Virus record (IMG/VR): IMGVR_UViG_3300037991_005043 | Location: 24,349-88,348 of that record | Direction: 5' to 3' (one strand) | Length of the DNA: 64,000 bases | DNA from: a virus | Lineage: Duplodnaviria; Caudoviricetes | Shown: positions 29,155 through 38,000 of the stretch, piece after piece | Position numbering within the stretch: the stretch's first letter is position 1 | How the letters are laid out: each line of letters starts with the position of its first letter | The notes under the pieces: model-generated | What the model saw: the letters and a program-made list of their open reading frames with translations, nothing else | What the model was told of the DNA's origin: nothing | The model's database searches: none | Program-made: the position numbers and the translations under genes

Positions 29155-30006
29155 TCACATAAAATCATTTAGTGTTGTTTTCTTCATTTCTTTTTTCTTC
29201 TTTATTTTAATTTTCTTTTTCTTCTTCTCAATACCCAATAATCTACAATGAGTATTGTTAAGTTTCTTTCTAGCATAATCATGAAACTCCTCATCTTTCA
29301 AGAATTGACTAAGTATCTTCTCGTTAGGCAATCCTAGTTTTCTTAGAATGTAGGGCATCTCGCTTTTCTTTTTCCATTTAGGCATATTCATTCTACCGAA
29401 ATATTTTCCATCATGTGCATATGCTAACATCTCATAGAAGTATTTCTTATCCCATCTTCTCTTAACATAAGCATCCACAAATATCAATTTATTTACATGA
29501 ATATTTTCAACTAGATAGTTTAGGAATGTAACTTCATTGGGTTGGTTTATCTCAAGTGCCTCTCTAACTTTATCTCTATTAGATGTCTTTAGGTAATGAG
29601 ATACCAACTCAAAATTTGACATATGGATAGAATGCGGTTCTTCACATCTAGGTGCTATTGCTTTAATAGAATCCTGTAAGTGTTTTTTACTACCTGCAAG
29701 TTTAACTTTACACATAGGAACAATACCATTAGGGATTGATTTTTTATCATTAGAAGTAAGAACTACTTTTCCTTTGTAGTTCCTAATGATATTCAAAACT
29801 TTATCTTTATCTGCCTTGTAATGTAATTCTTCTATTAGTATGCCCCTATCTCTAGGCACAGAATAAATATCTAAACTACTAGGTATTTCATCTGCATAAT
29901 AAATGATGGGATTATCCATCATCCCTAAAGCCATTGTTGTTTTTCCTGTTCCTGCTTTACCCACTAATAATGTGGCTCTCTCTTTGTTGATTGATGTCAA
30001 TCCCAT
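29155..30006 (-). CDS. rfcL: Replication factor C large subunit-like protein (shortened)
   Basis: 'GKAGTGKTT', Lys-rich tail, and a PIP-like C-terminus 'TTLNDFM'. Confidence 0.65.
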   Translation of the reverse strand: MGLTSINKERATLLVGKAGTGKTTMALGMMDNPIIYYADEIPSSLDIYSVPRDRGILIEELHYKADKDKVLNIIRNYKGKVVLTSNDKKSIPNGIVPMCKVKLAGSKKHLQDSIKAIAPRCEEPHSIHMSNFELVSHYLKTSNRDKVREALEINQPNEVTFLNYLVENIHVNKLIFVDAYVKRRWDKKYFYEMLAYAHDGKYFGRMNMPKWKKKSEMPYILRKLGLPNEKILSQFLKDEEFHDYARKKLNNTHCRLLGIEKKKKKIKIKKKKEMKKTTLNDFM

Positions 30007-30400
30007 TTTTATCATCTCTTGTCATTTTGTCTTTTATTTTTGTAATTTCTTCAAACCCTTCTAGAGTTAAATGTCGTTTCTGTTTAATTATGTTCATAGC
30101 ATCTAGAAATAGGCAAAGCCTTCTATCTGCTTCAACTAAGTAATCGGGTATCATCTTAAATATAGATTTAAGAGAATCTCTATGTTGAATCCTTAAGTAT
30201 TCACAACCATTCAAAGTCCAAATAGTTGCCTTAAGATTTTGTTGTTCTATGAAATCTAGAAGAAAGCCTGTCCTACTTTTACATGGTATTAGATAGAATG
30301 CTTCCACTTGATACCCGATTGATATTTTATCTCTCCTTGTAATAGATAAGTGAGGCGTTCCACCTAATGCTAAACCTACAAATATTTTCTTGTCAATCAT
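29957..30400 (-). CDS. Degenerate LAGLIDADG-fold protein
   Basis: C-terminal 'F..AMNII..KRHLTLEGFEEI..IK' is typical of single-domain LAGLIDADG proteins. The catalytic helix reads 'IFVGLALGG' with no acidic residue. Confidence 0.65.
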   Translation of the reverse strand: MIDKKIFVGLALGGTPHLSITRRDKISIGYQVEAFYLIPCKSRTGFLLDFIEQQNLKATIWTLNGCEYLRIQHRDSLKSIFKMIPDYLVEADRRLCLFLDAMNIIKQKRHLTLEGFEEITKIKDKMTRDDKNGIDINQQRESHIISG

Positions 30401-30767
30401 CTAACTCACCATAGTATTCCAAATCGTGAATCTTATAATTCACATCCAAAGCATCAAAAAAGATTTTTACCGTTTCCATTATTGTGTGCATATATTCTGC
30501 ACTACAGTTTTTTGATTTAATAGCCATTGTAGTTATCCCATTAAAATATTGATTTGTCTTGTCTTTACCCACTAAGGCAACTACAGACTCCCTATCCACT
30601 CTTGAGATAATTGCTTGTAGTGTAGAGTCCTTCGGCATAAACATATTATGAAACTCATCAATAACAGATTGTAGGGCATTCAGTTCACTTCTTTTTAATT
30701 TAGAGTAAATCTCTAACTTGATAACAAAGAAGTTGCTATCGGCAAAAAAGGTGCATTCTTCATCCAT
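30393..30767 (-). CDS. Hypothetical protein
   Basis: Start reassigned to ATG 30767, coupled with the ligase stop. Confidence 0.5.
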   Translation of the reverse strand: MDEECTFFADSNFFVIKLEIYSKLKRSELNALQSVIDEFHNMFMPKDSTLQAIISRVDRESVVALVGKDKTNQYFNGITTMAIKSKNCSAEYMHTIMETVKIFFDALDVNYKIHDLEYYGELDD

Positions 30768-32137
30768 TAATAGTCCTCCATTTCTTTGAGCGTAGTGCAT
30801 TCGCTTACATACATATCATTCATTATACTAATAAATCTTACATCCCTTAGCGATGCTTTGTTATTCTTGTATGCTAAACCGCTAGTTCTTATCTTTACCA
30901 CAACTCTAGGACTAAAGTAGTATTTGTTATCCTTGAAATCTATGACCTGTTTTCTAAGAGCATTCTCTAGCGTTAAACGGGCTTCCTTTGACGGCACATC
31001 TACAAAGTTCCCTAATCTCTCAAAAGAGCCGTCATTGGGCAAGGAAACATCAAAGGATTTGAAAGAATTGAACTTTCCAACATTAGAAGAAGTGATTACT
31101 GCGAACACTTCTAGGTTGCTAGGGTTATATCTCAAATAATTAGGACTTTTTGAATTTACCAGATATTTTTCATCAGGAGAACAAAGATAAATTCCCTCAT
31201 AACCCGAACCAATTGATAAATTATATTCAGATATAAAATCAGATGAATTATAATATTCAGCAACATTATCAAACTGTTCTAAATATTGTATTCTTTCAGA
31301 AAGAGATTTATTTATTAAAACTTCATTATTTAGATAAAGAATATCATATATAACAAAGTTATCTTCTATTTTATTTACCTCGAATATAGCATTCTGAACA
31401 AAGGGTTCTGGTAAATTAGAAGATGTAGGATATAACTCAACATCTCCCTTTTTATTGAACAATGTTATCTTGCTATCCTTTATGTGCATCTGTAAGTAAG
31501 GTAAGCCATAGTTTATTCTACAGTAATATCCATCATAATTATCTAACTTCTTAGACATAGAATATGTCATTGGGGAAACAAAAGAGCCTACGGTAATAGT
31601 GCTAGTCGGAATCATTCCCTTATGATAATATTCTATTACATTATTCAAAGAAGAATAATTACAATGATTCAAAACCTCTTCTCTTTCTTTGTCAAAGCAC
31701 TTTGCTATTACACTAATCAATAAATCTCTTCTAGGAATATGAGAAGAGTTACAACATAGTCTAACTAACCATTTCCTTTCAAGGGCTGACATCTCAAGTA
31801 AATATGGTTTGAGGTCTGCTTTCTTCTCAAGAATATTATAGATAGTTGATAGAGGAAAATCAGTTTCTCCTTCGGCACTCACATCAAGATAATAGATTAC
31901 ATTTCCATAGTCTAGATAATTAGAATATGATTTATCAACTTCTTCTTCAAAAATATTGAAGGTATTGGGTATTAGTTTTCTAATATATGCCTCTCTATTA
32001 TGCCCTCTTCTATTTAATATCTTTAGAAGATAGGGGTCTTTAGAATCCAAATAAGTTCGCTTTAGGAGAGTCTTTGTCTTTTGTGGACTTAACTTCTCTA
32101 TCGCTTCTAAGGCTCGACACATCTTTTTGAACATCAT
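30767..32137 (-). CDS. ATP-dependent DNA ligase homolog lacking the adenylated Lys (pseudo-ligase)
   Basis: DBD-NTase-OB layout with 'VIYDILYLN', 'SLSERIQYL', 'GYEGIYL'. Motif I reads NYGLPYLQMH instead of KxDGxRxQxH. Confidence 0.75.
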   Translation of the reverse strand: MMFKKMCRALEAIEKLSPQKTKTLLKRTYLDSKDPYLLKILNRRGHNREAYIRKLIPNTFNIFEEEVDKSYSNYLDYGNVIYYLDVSAEGETDFPLSTIYNILEKKADLKPYLLEMSALERKWLVRLCCNSSHIPRRDLLISVIAKCFDKEREEVLNHCNYSSLNNVIEYYHKGMIPTSTITVGSFVSPMTYSMSKKLDNYDGYYCRINYGLPYLQMHIKDSKITLFNKKGDVELYPTSSNLPEPFVQNAIFEVNKIEDNFVIYDILYLNNEVLINKSLSERIQYLEQFDNVAEYYNSSDFISEYNLSIGSGYEGIYLCSPDEKYLVNSKSPNYLRYNPSNLEVFAVITSSNVGKFNSFKSFDVSLPNDGSFERLGNFVDVPSKEARLTLENALRKQVIDFKDNKYYFSPRVVVKIRTSGLAYKNNKASLRDVRFISIMNDMYVSECTTLKEMEDY

Positions 32138-32288
32138 CTAATAACAACTCCTCAAACTTTTTATCTTTATTCAACTTAGTAATTAATTCAAGAATCAATA
32201 CGGATAATTTATCATGAGAAGGTAGAGATTCTGCTAAATTGTATAATTTTCCCGCTAAATAGTAGTAATCATTCCTCTTCATCATCAT
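32040..32288 (-). CDS. Hypothetical protein
   Basis: Co-oriented; its 3' end overlaps the ligase 5' end by about 100 nt. Confidence 0.45.
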   Translation of the reverse strand: MMMKRNDYYYLAGKLYNLAESLPSHDKLSVLILELITKLNKDKKFEELLLDDVQKDVSSLRSDREVKSTKDKDSPKANLFGF

Positions 32289-32613
32289 CTAACTCCTTAA
32301 TTAGTCTAAGGTAATTAACAGTCATTTGATTAATTATTTCAACTTCCTCTGTCTTACCTCGCTCTAGGAATCTATGCATCATGTGTATGAATGTTGCTTG
32401 AGTAATGGCTGGTGCAAACCTAGCCATAGAATTGTCAAAGTGTATATGCCAGTATGCTACAAAAGAAGCCCTAGCAAAATAATTACCATATCTAACCTCG
32501 TTAGCATTATAGACAAAGGTATTCTTTGCATCTCCTTTCAATTTATTGCTAGTTTCATTTACCCACTTAGCGAATCTCTTATCGTTGTTTGCTATCAAAT
32601 ATGCTTTTTTCAT
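32269..32613 (-). CDS. Hypothetical protein
   Basis: GGAGAG RBS; co-oriented. Confidence 0.55.
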   Translation of the reverse strand: MKKAYLIANNDKRFAKWVNETSNKLKGDAKNTFVYNANEVRYGNYFARASFVAYWHIHFDNSMARFAPAITQATFIHMMHRFLERGKTEEVEIINQMTVNYLRLIKELDDDEEE

Positions 32614-32614
32614 T

Positions 32615-32770
32615 TTAATCTCTCCAATATTTTTCTCTTAGTTCATCACCTTTAATGTAGCATTCTTTACTACAGAATATCATTTTGTCTGCGAAGTTAT
32701 GCGGTGATACTCCTAACTTCGTATGACAGGTTATGCAAAAAAGAATGTGTAGGTTTTTCTTCCTACTCAT
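32615..32770 (-). CDS. 51-aa TRASH/FCS-type zinc-finger protein
   Basis: MSRKKNLHILFCITCHTK...IFCSKECY...; ATGA overlap with the PC4 gene. Confidence 0.6.
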   Translation of the reverse strand: MSRKKNLHILFCITCHTKLGVSPHNFADKMIFCSKECYIKGDELREKYWRD

Positions 32771-32976
32771 TCAAATTCTCTCCTAAGAATTTCTAATAAC
32801 TCCTTTGCTTCTTCCCTGTTTAATCTAATACCCTTTCTTGTGGGTTTTTCACTTCGATACCATCTGAAATCAACTACATCTATCTTGTAATAATTACCTT
32901 TGGTAATAAGTAACTCTTGTTCTTCATCTCTAACTATCTGACCTATTTTCTCAAAATCTTTATTCATGTCATCCAC
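32767..32976 (-). CDS. PC4/YdbC-family ssDNA-binding protein
   Basis: 'YKIDVVDFRWY..EKPTRKGIRL..EE..EL' PC4 signature. Confidence 0.85.
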   Translation of the reverse strand: MDDMNKDFEKIGQIVRDEEQELLITKGNYYKIDVVDFRWYRSEKPTRKGIRLNREEAKELLEILRREFE

Positions 32977-33359
32977 CCTTGTTTAAATTTATCAAGTTCT
33001 TGTCTAGAAGTAAAATATCTAGGGGTATCTAATTCATCTAATCTATTAACTACCCAACATACTCCACCTAGACTAGAGATTTGCACTATCTCAAACTGCG
33101 CTGAATTAATCTCTATAACCTCTAGTGTGTTAATCTCAGGAACTAATCCATATCTCTTAGTTATATCATTAGCGACTTCTCTAATATTCTCTACCACATA
33201 TTTGATAATGTGCGCCCTTTGAATAGGTATTTTAGGGGCAACTTCAAATTTGATTTTACCTTTCATATTACAGACTTTACATTTGTTGCCTTCACAAATA
33301 GGGCAATTAACTTCTGCATCATGAGGAGCAGGTAATATTACAGTAATCGCCTTTTTCAT
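32964..33359 (-). CDS. Hypothetical protein with CxxC-G-x2-CxxC zinc motif
   Basis: 'CPICEGNKCKVC'. Confidence 0.55.
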   Translation of the reverse strand: MKKAITVILPAPHDAEVNCPICEGNKCKVCNMKGKIKFEVAPKIPIQRAHIIKYVVENIREVANDITKRYGLVPEINTLEVIEINSAQFEIVQISSLGGVCWVVNRLDELDTPRYFTSRQELDKFKQGWMT

Positions 33360-33484
33360 TCTTTATACTCTCCTATCCATATTATCATACATCGGGCGCA
33401 ATGGTATCTCGGAGGCATATATTTTGCTCTAGGTAAATTTTCTGCTACTCCATTACACTTTACGCACCGATGATGAAATTTCAT
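33356..33484 (-). CDS. 42-aa zinc-finger micro-protein
   Basis: MKFHHRCVKCNG...YHCARCMIIW; ATGA-coupled. Confidence 0.5.
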   Translation of the reverse strand: MKFHHRCVKCNGVAENLPRAKYMPPRYHCARCMIIWIGEYKE

Positions 33485-33618
33485 TGTTCATCAATCCTAG
33501 ATTCTTCAAAGGCTTGAATTACTGCATCTAAATCTTCATCATGTTTTTCATCATGAATCTTTTCTTTCTTAATTGATTTAAATAGACTCAACATGAAATG
33601 GTGTAAATTAAATGCCAT
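33481..33618 (-). CDS. 45-aa micro-protein
   Basis: MAFNLHHFMLSLFKSIKK...; GGAGGA RBS. Confidence 0.45.
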   Translation of the reverse strand: MAFNLHHFMLSLFKSIKKEKIHDEKHDEDLDAVIQAFEESRIDEQ

Positions 33619-33620
33619 AA

Positions 33621-33725
33621 TTATTCCTCCATCTTCGATTCGCATTTGCATTGTTCAACACGCCTTCCTATTTTGAATAGATTACATTTGTCACATTTAA
33701 TTGAGTTATTTGTTAAATACTCCAT
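33621..33725 (-). CDS. 34-aa Cys-rich micro-protein
   Basis: MEYLTNNSIKCDKCNLF...QCKC; GGAGGA RBS. Confidence 0.4.
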   Translation of the reverse strand: MEYLTNNSIKCDKCNLFKIGRRVEQCKCESKMEE

Positions 33726-33727
33726 AT

Positions 33728-33865
33728 TTATTCCTCCTTAGTTTCTCCACATTTTTCACAAGTATATTCGTCTATCCATTCTTCAAAATATACCGCATCA
33801 TCGGCATATCCATCCCATCCATCATACACATGCCCGCCAGTTTTTTTCCATTTATGATTGCACAT
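33728..33865 (-). CDS. 45-aa zinc-ribbon micro-protein
   Basis: MCNHKW...YTCEKCGETK; GGAGGA RBS. Confidence 0.5.
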   Translation of the reverse strand: MCNHKWKKTGGHVYDGWDGYADDAVYFEEWIDEYTCEKCGETKEE

Positions 33866-33867
33866 AT

Positions 33868-35367
33868 TTATTCCTCCAACAGAACTGCTACATCGGTAGT
33901 CAAGAAAAGACTAGCGATAGACATAGATGCTACAAAACTATTCTTAGTTACTAGAACAGGGTCATAGACATTATATTGGTCTAGAGGTTTATATACACAA
34001 TCTATAGCATCAAACGCTCCTAGTTGAACAGTGAGTTTATTCTCATCGTATTCTCCGCCACTATTATCTACTAAAGTTTTGATTGGTGCTGATAGTGCTT
34101 TAGCAACTATTTTTTCCCCTAAACTATTACCTAACGCATATCTAGATTGTAATAAAGAAAAACCTCCACCAGTAACAATACCTTCACTCAATGCACATTT
34201 AGTAGCGTTAAGAGCATCATCTAATCTTTCTTTCTTTTCCCTCATTTCTAATTGAGAACCTGCGCCAATTCTAATAGTAGCAACACCACCAGTTAGTTTA
34301 GCAATTCTAGATTTAATTCTAGCCTTATCATAACCAGTCATATCATCTGCTAATTTTCTTAGCGTGGATATTTTATCTGAAACATCACCAGTTCCACCGA
34401 TGATAGTAGAGTATTCCTTACCGATAATTACTCTATCACATGTTCCAAATTCATCTATAGAAACCAACTTAGGGTCATCTTTAGATTCATCAGTATATAC
34501 AACTCCACCTAAAAGTGAACTAATATCTGATAGTTCATCTAATTGAGCATCACCAAAGTTAGGTGCTAAAATAGCACAGACTTGAACGGTTTTCTGTAGT
34601 ATGTTCATAACTAAATTATCTAAAGCATTACCTTCTATTCCTTTACATAGAATTAGAAGTGGTCTGTTTTGTGCCGAACTTATCTCTAACATAGGTAGCA
34701 AGTCTTGAAATTTCCTAAAAGAAATATTAGACATGAAAACTAGCGGGTCATTAAAGGTGCATTTTCCATCTTCGCCATTAGCCATAAGGTGAGAAAGATA
34801 CCCTTCATCTATTCTAAATCCATCTCTAGTGACTAATTCAGTTTTATGATTCTTCGATTCTTCGACAGTAATAACTCCATCTCTACCTACTTTGTTAATT
34901 GCTTCTTGGATAAGTTCGCCTAAGTATTCATCATTATTTGCCGCTATTGTAGCGACCCTTAGAATATCATTATCTTGAATCTCAACGGCATTATCATCTA
35001 AGTATTCTAATATCTTTCTTTGAGCCAACTCTAACTCTAGCCTCAACTGGTGTATATTAAAATCATCAAGATTAGATATTTCTTCGCATAACGCTCTAGC
35101 AATTACACAAGCAGTAGTAGTTCCATCACCACTAGAATCTTGTGCTTTACTTGCTAAGTTCTGCACCATTTGAATACCCATTTGAACATAAGGGTCATCA
35201 CTTCTAACATACTTAGTAATAGTAACACCGTCATTAATTATTACAGGGGGTTCTCCCTGTAAAATAACTGTTCTTGCTTGTGGTCCTAAAGTTGGACTTA
35301 CCGTATCTGCTACTAAATTAATTCCTTCCAGTAATTTTTGTTTTACTTCTTTCCCATGTAATATCAT
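33868..35367 (-). CDS. groEL: Group I chaperonin GroEL (Cpn60)
   Basis: 'TLGP', 'NDGVTI', 'GDGTTT', 'KERLDDALNAT', 'GIVTGGG'. No GGM tail. Confidence 0.95.
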   Translation of the reverse strand: MILHGKEVKQKLLEGINLVADTVSPTLGPQARTVILQGEPPVIINDGVTITKYVRSDDPYVQMGIQMVQNLASKAQDSSGDGTTTACVIARALCEEISNLDDFNIHQLRLELELAQRKILEYLDDNAVEIQDNDILRVATIAANNDEYLGELIQEAINKVGRDGVITVEESKNHKTELVTRDGFRIDEGYLSHLMANGEDGKCTFNDPLVFMSNISFRKFQDLLPMLEISSAQNRPLLILCKGIEGNALDNLVMNILQKTVQVCAILAPNFGDAQLDELSDISSLLGGVVYTDESKDDPKLVSIDEFGTCDRVIIGKEYSTIIGGTGDVSDKISTLRKLADDMTGYDKARIKSRIAKLTGGVATIRIGAGSQLEMREKKERLDDALNATKCALSEGIVTGGGFSLLQSRYALGNSLGEKIVAKALSAPIKTLVDNSGGEYDENKLTVQLGAFDAIDCVYKPLDQYNVYDPVLVTKNSFVASMSIASLFLTTDVAVLLEE

Positions 35368-35480
35368 TTTACTTCTCTCCTTTCTACATTCATTGTTCCA
35401 TCTTTATTCTTAGTCAATATTGTAAGGCTACCATCTTCATAAACGATAGTCATTCTTGTTATTGTCTTATCTTCAAACAT
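35364..35480 (-). CDS. 38-aa micro-protein
   Basis: MFEDKTITRMTIVYEDGS...; ATGA overlap with groEL. Confidence 0.45.
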   Translation of the reverse strand: MFEDKTITRMTIVYEDGSLTILTKNKDGTMNVERREVK

Positions 35481-35669
35481 TTATTCACTCCCTTCTAGTA
35501 TTCTCAAAGTCTTACTCAACTGCAAAGTAGCGAAATATAATTGTTCTTCATTAAAAGGGTCGTTGTAAGGAAGCATTTCTTGAGCCGAGAGAGCCGTCTT
35601 TGCTACTTCTATCGCCTTAGAAATTTTCTCTTTCAATTTTTTAATTTCTTCGTCTTTATCAATCATCAC
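35481..35669 (-). CDS. Hypothetical protein
   Basis: Co-oriented small ORF. Confidence 0.45.
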   Translation of the reverse strand: MMIDKDEEIKKLKEKISKAIEVAKTALSAQEMLPYNDPFNEEQLYFATLQLSKTLRILEGSE

Positions 35670-35770
35670 ATCATCTCCATATCTTCATCCAAAAAACCAT
35701 GACAGTTAGGGCATTCAATTAGATTCGCATTAACAAAGTTATGGCAATGAGGACACAATATTTCCTTCAT
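35666..35770 (-). CDS. 34-aa double zinc-ribbon micro-protein
   Basis: MKEILCPHCHNFVNANLIECPNCHG. Confidence 0.5.
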   Translation of the reverse strand: MKEILCPHCHNFVNANLIECPNCHGFLDEDMEMM

Positions 35771-35940
35771 TCCTCATCCTCCACAACATGAGATTCATAA
35801 TATCCTCTAATATCATCTATGTTTATTCCTAGATATTCTGCATAGCATCTATCACTACAAAAGTATCTTGTTCCAACAGGAGTTGTGACGGTCATCACTT
35901 GTTTTCTATCATTACCGCAATTAGTACAACTTCTAAACAT
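35767..35940 (-). CDS. 57-aa TRASH/FCS-type zinc-finger protein
   Basis: MFRSCTNCGN...RYFCSDRCY. Confidence 0.6.
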   Translation of the reverse strand: MFRSCTNCGNDRKQVMTVTTPVGTRYFCSDRCYAEYLGINIDDIRGYYESHVVEDEE

Positions 35941-36155
35941 CAGCCTTCCACCAACCTAGTTTGAAATCCTTTATACAAATCGTATGCCTGTTTCTTATCA
36001 GGAATAGTATCTAATAGATTTTTAATAATCATAATTAAAAATTCTAATTCACCGATTAATAATCTATCATCCATTTCTTCTCTAAACAAATCACCGTTTT
36101 CTGTAAGGTCTAACATTCCTTTCAATATGTATTCGTATAATTCAATATCATTCAT
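35940..36155 (-). CDS. Hypothetical protein
   Basis: Coupled small ORF. Confidence 0.5.
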   Translation of the reverse strand: MNDIELYEYILKGMLDLTENGDLFREEMDDRLLIGELEFLIMIIKNLLDTIPDKKQAYDLYKGFQTRLVEG

Positions 36156-36286
36156 TCTTCTTCACCATTAGTTAAATTAATTAAATGAGAACAAAGTGGG
36201 CAACATAATTTATTATTATGTTGTGTCATAAATCTCATAGTGTATTTAGCACCACAAATTTCACACTTTGTTCCCTTAGCAATCAT
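36152..36286 (-). CDS. 44-aa zinc-finger micro-protein
   Basis: MIAKGTKCEICGAK...LCCPLCSHL. Confidence 0.5.
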   Translation of the reverse strand: MIAKGTKCEICGAKYTMRFMTQHNNKLCCPLCSHLINLTNGEEE

Positions 36287-36513
36287 TCCTTATCCACCAC
36301 ACATAGTATCATATTGTATGGAACAAAGATATAATCACTATAAGTCTGATATTCAGGTCTGCTACTAAACATAATAGTTTTACCTTCTAGTGATTTATCT
36401 TTTTCACAAGAGATAACTTTACCACTATGTTGTAATCTAGTAAAAATACCGCTATCCTTTCTAACCTTTCTTAGTTCTACAACTGCGTGTTCTCCTACTG
36501 CCTTCAATTTCAT
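36283..36513 (-). CDS. groES: Co-chaperonin GroES-like protein
   Basis: 'MKLKAVGEHAVVE...SGIF...GKVIS...GKTIMF...YIFVPYNMILCVV' follows the Cpn10 pattern. Near groEL. Confidence 0.7.
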   Translation of the reverse strand: MKLKAVGEHAVVELRKVRKDSGIFTRLQHSGKVISCEKDKSLEGKTIMFSSRPEYQTYSDYIFVPYNMILCVVDKE

Positions 36514-36517
36514 ACTA

Positions 36518-37084
36518 TCATTCCTCTTCTCTTTCTAATTGATTAATATTTAAACCTGCTATGGATAATGCATTACCCCATAATTGAGTTCTAACTACTT
36601 CTAGGTTATTCCAAATCTCTAATTTATCAGGTTCATCTTTACACCAAAATCCGTAGTGTTCTTCTCCGCCTAAAACATAAGCGCATTCTAAAACAGATTT
36701 CCACTTCGCAACAGTATTAATATCAGTTCCGCTAAAATATGCACTACCAAAAGGATGAGTATGAACCCAACACTTTAGAGGTAATTTCATTCCACCATCT
36801 AACTGCTCAAATCTTTTGAAATCTACAAAGCCACCTGTTCCAGTAGAAACAAATATATTATTGTTGGAATCAATAGCATATTGCATTTCTAGGTGTGGTA
36901 GTATTTCTGTAGAAGCATACCATAATGCCTTCATAATCTCCATGTTATGTTCCAAATATTCTACATCTTCTATCTTAGTAGCAAGTGAATTTCTAAAAGC
37001 ATCCTCTAATAGATTAGCCCATGTGTTCTCTACATGGAAAATCGCTTCTTCTCTCAATAATTGCATTTCTTTTGTTTTACTCAT
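36518..37084 (-). CDS. JAB/MPN+ (JAMM) metalloprotease
   Basis: Exact HxHx7Sx2D motif 'HTHPFGSAYFSGTD', with an upstream Glu in 'LEMQY'. Confidence 0.9.
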   Translation of the reverse strand: MSKTKEMQLLREEAIFHVENTWANLLEDAFRNSLATKIEDVEYLEHNMEIMKALWYASTEILPHLEMQYAIDSNNNIFVSTGTGGFVDFKRFEQLDGGMKLPLKCWVHTHPFGSAYFSGTDINTVAKWKSVLECAYVLGGEEHYGFWCKDEPDKLEIWNNLEVVRTQLWGNALSIAGLNINQLEREEE

Positions 37085-37370
37085 CTTCTTTCATCTCCTT
37101 TATCCTTTCTTCATCTATTTCTTTTTGCGCTCTTTTTAGGGAATGCGCCATCTTTAACATTAAACCTATCTTTTCAAAAAGATAAGATGATGTTTTTTCA
37201 TATCCTACGATATGTTGTATTGAATTTACTAATGGAGTAAGTGTTATTCTTGTAGCAGAAACATAACTATCACAAGTATTACAAACCCTAGAAAATTTAA
37301 AGGGTGTAGGGCTACAACCTACTCCATCCATTTCTTTTTCACATATACAGCAGACATTTTTATCACTCAT
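37077..37370 (-). CDS. Zinc-finger protein between the E1 and JAB genes
   Basis: 'CCIC...VCNTC' plus a helical C-terminus. Confidence 0.55.
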   Translation of the reverse strand: MSDKNVCCICEKEMDGVGCSPTPFKFSRVCNTCDSYVSATRITLTPLVNSIQHIVGYEKTSSYLFEKIGLMLKMAHSLKRAQKEIDEERIKEMKEDE

Positions 37371-37936
37371 AGGCTCACCATCTTAAAATCTTCAACTTCA
37401 TTTTCTCCAAAATATCTTTGAATCCATTGTGCGCCCAAACCTGCTACTACTGCTTGCATAAATTGGACTCCTTCTTTATCTCCAACCCATGAATCTCCTT
37501 GACAACTAAATGTTCTAGTGTCATCTCCAATTAACATTTCTTCTAATTCTACACCTGTAACTTTAGAAGATAATAACATGCAGTTTCTACCTTGTGCTCT
37601 CAAATCAAGCCAATCTACGCCTGTTCTGTAAAGCATTTTTCTTAGTTGTAAATTATCTACGCAGGCAACAACCAAATCATATCCTAACACTTGTTGTTCT
37701 GTTAAGATAGCATAAGGACTAGAAGTAACAACACTATTGTATTTCTCTCCCATTGTCTTAGCCTTATTATTACCTACATCAATTACATCATAATTTTGAT
37801 AGAGTAAATTCTTAGTTTCTATAATATCGGGGTCTGCTACCGTAATATCATACAATTCAACTCTATCAATAAGTGGAATTAGATAACTACCAATTCCACC
37901 TGCTCCTATTACTAATACTGTTTTTCTTCCTGTCAT
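37367..37936 (-). CDS. ThiF/MoeB/E1-family Ubl-activating enzyme
   Basis: 'VIGAGGIGS', 'DPDIIETKNL', 'GNNKA', 'CVDN..LR', candidate catalytic Cys in 'FSCQG'. Confidence 0.88.
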   Translation of the reverse strand: MTGRKTVLVIGAGGIGSYLIPLIDRVELYDITVADPDIIETKNLLYQNYDVIDVGNNKAKTMGEKYNSVVTSSPYAILTEQQVLGYDLVVACVDNLQLRKMLYRTGVDWLDLRAQGRNCMLLSSKVTGVELEEMLIGDDTRTFSCQGDSWVGDKEGVQFMQAVVAGLGAQWIQRYFGENEVEDFKMVSL

Positions 37937-38000
37937 TCTTTTGCCTCCTTATCTATTTCTTCAACCTTAAACTGGCTTACTACATTTATTGCATATTCTC

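Noticed and set aside
32615-32770. Possible frameshifted pseudogene at the GAAAAAC run
   Set aside because: Recounting the bases shows an intact 51-codon ORF from ATG 32770.
37077-37370. RING-type E3 ligase among the Zn proteins of the Ubl cluster (also 40158-40322)
   Set aside because: Each has only 4-5 candidate ligands, not the 8-ligand cross-brace spacing.
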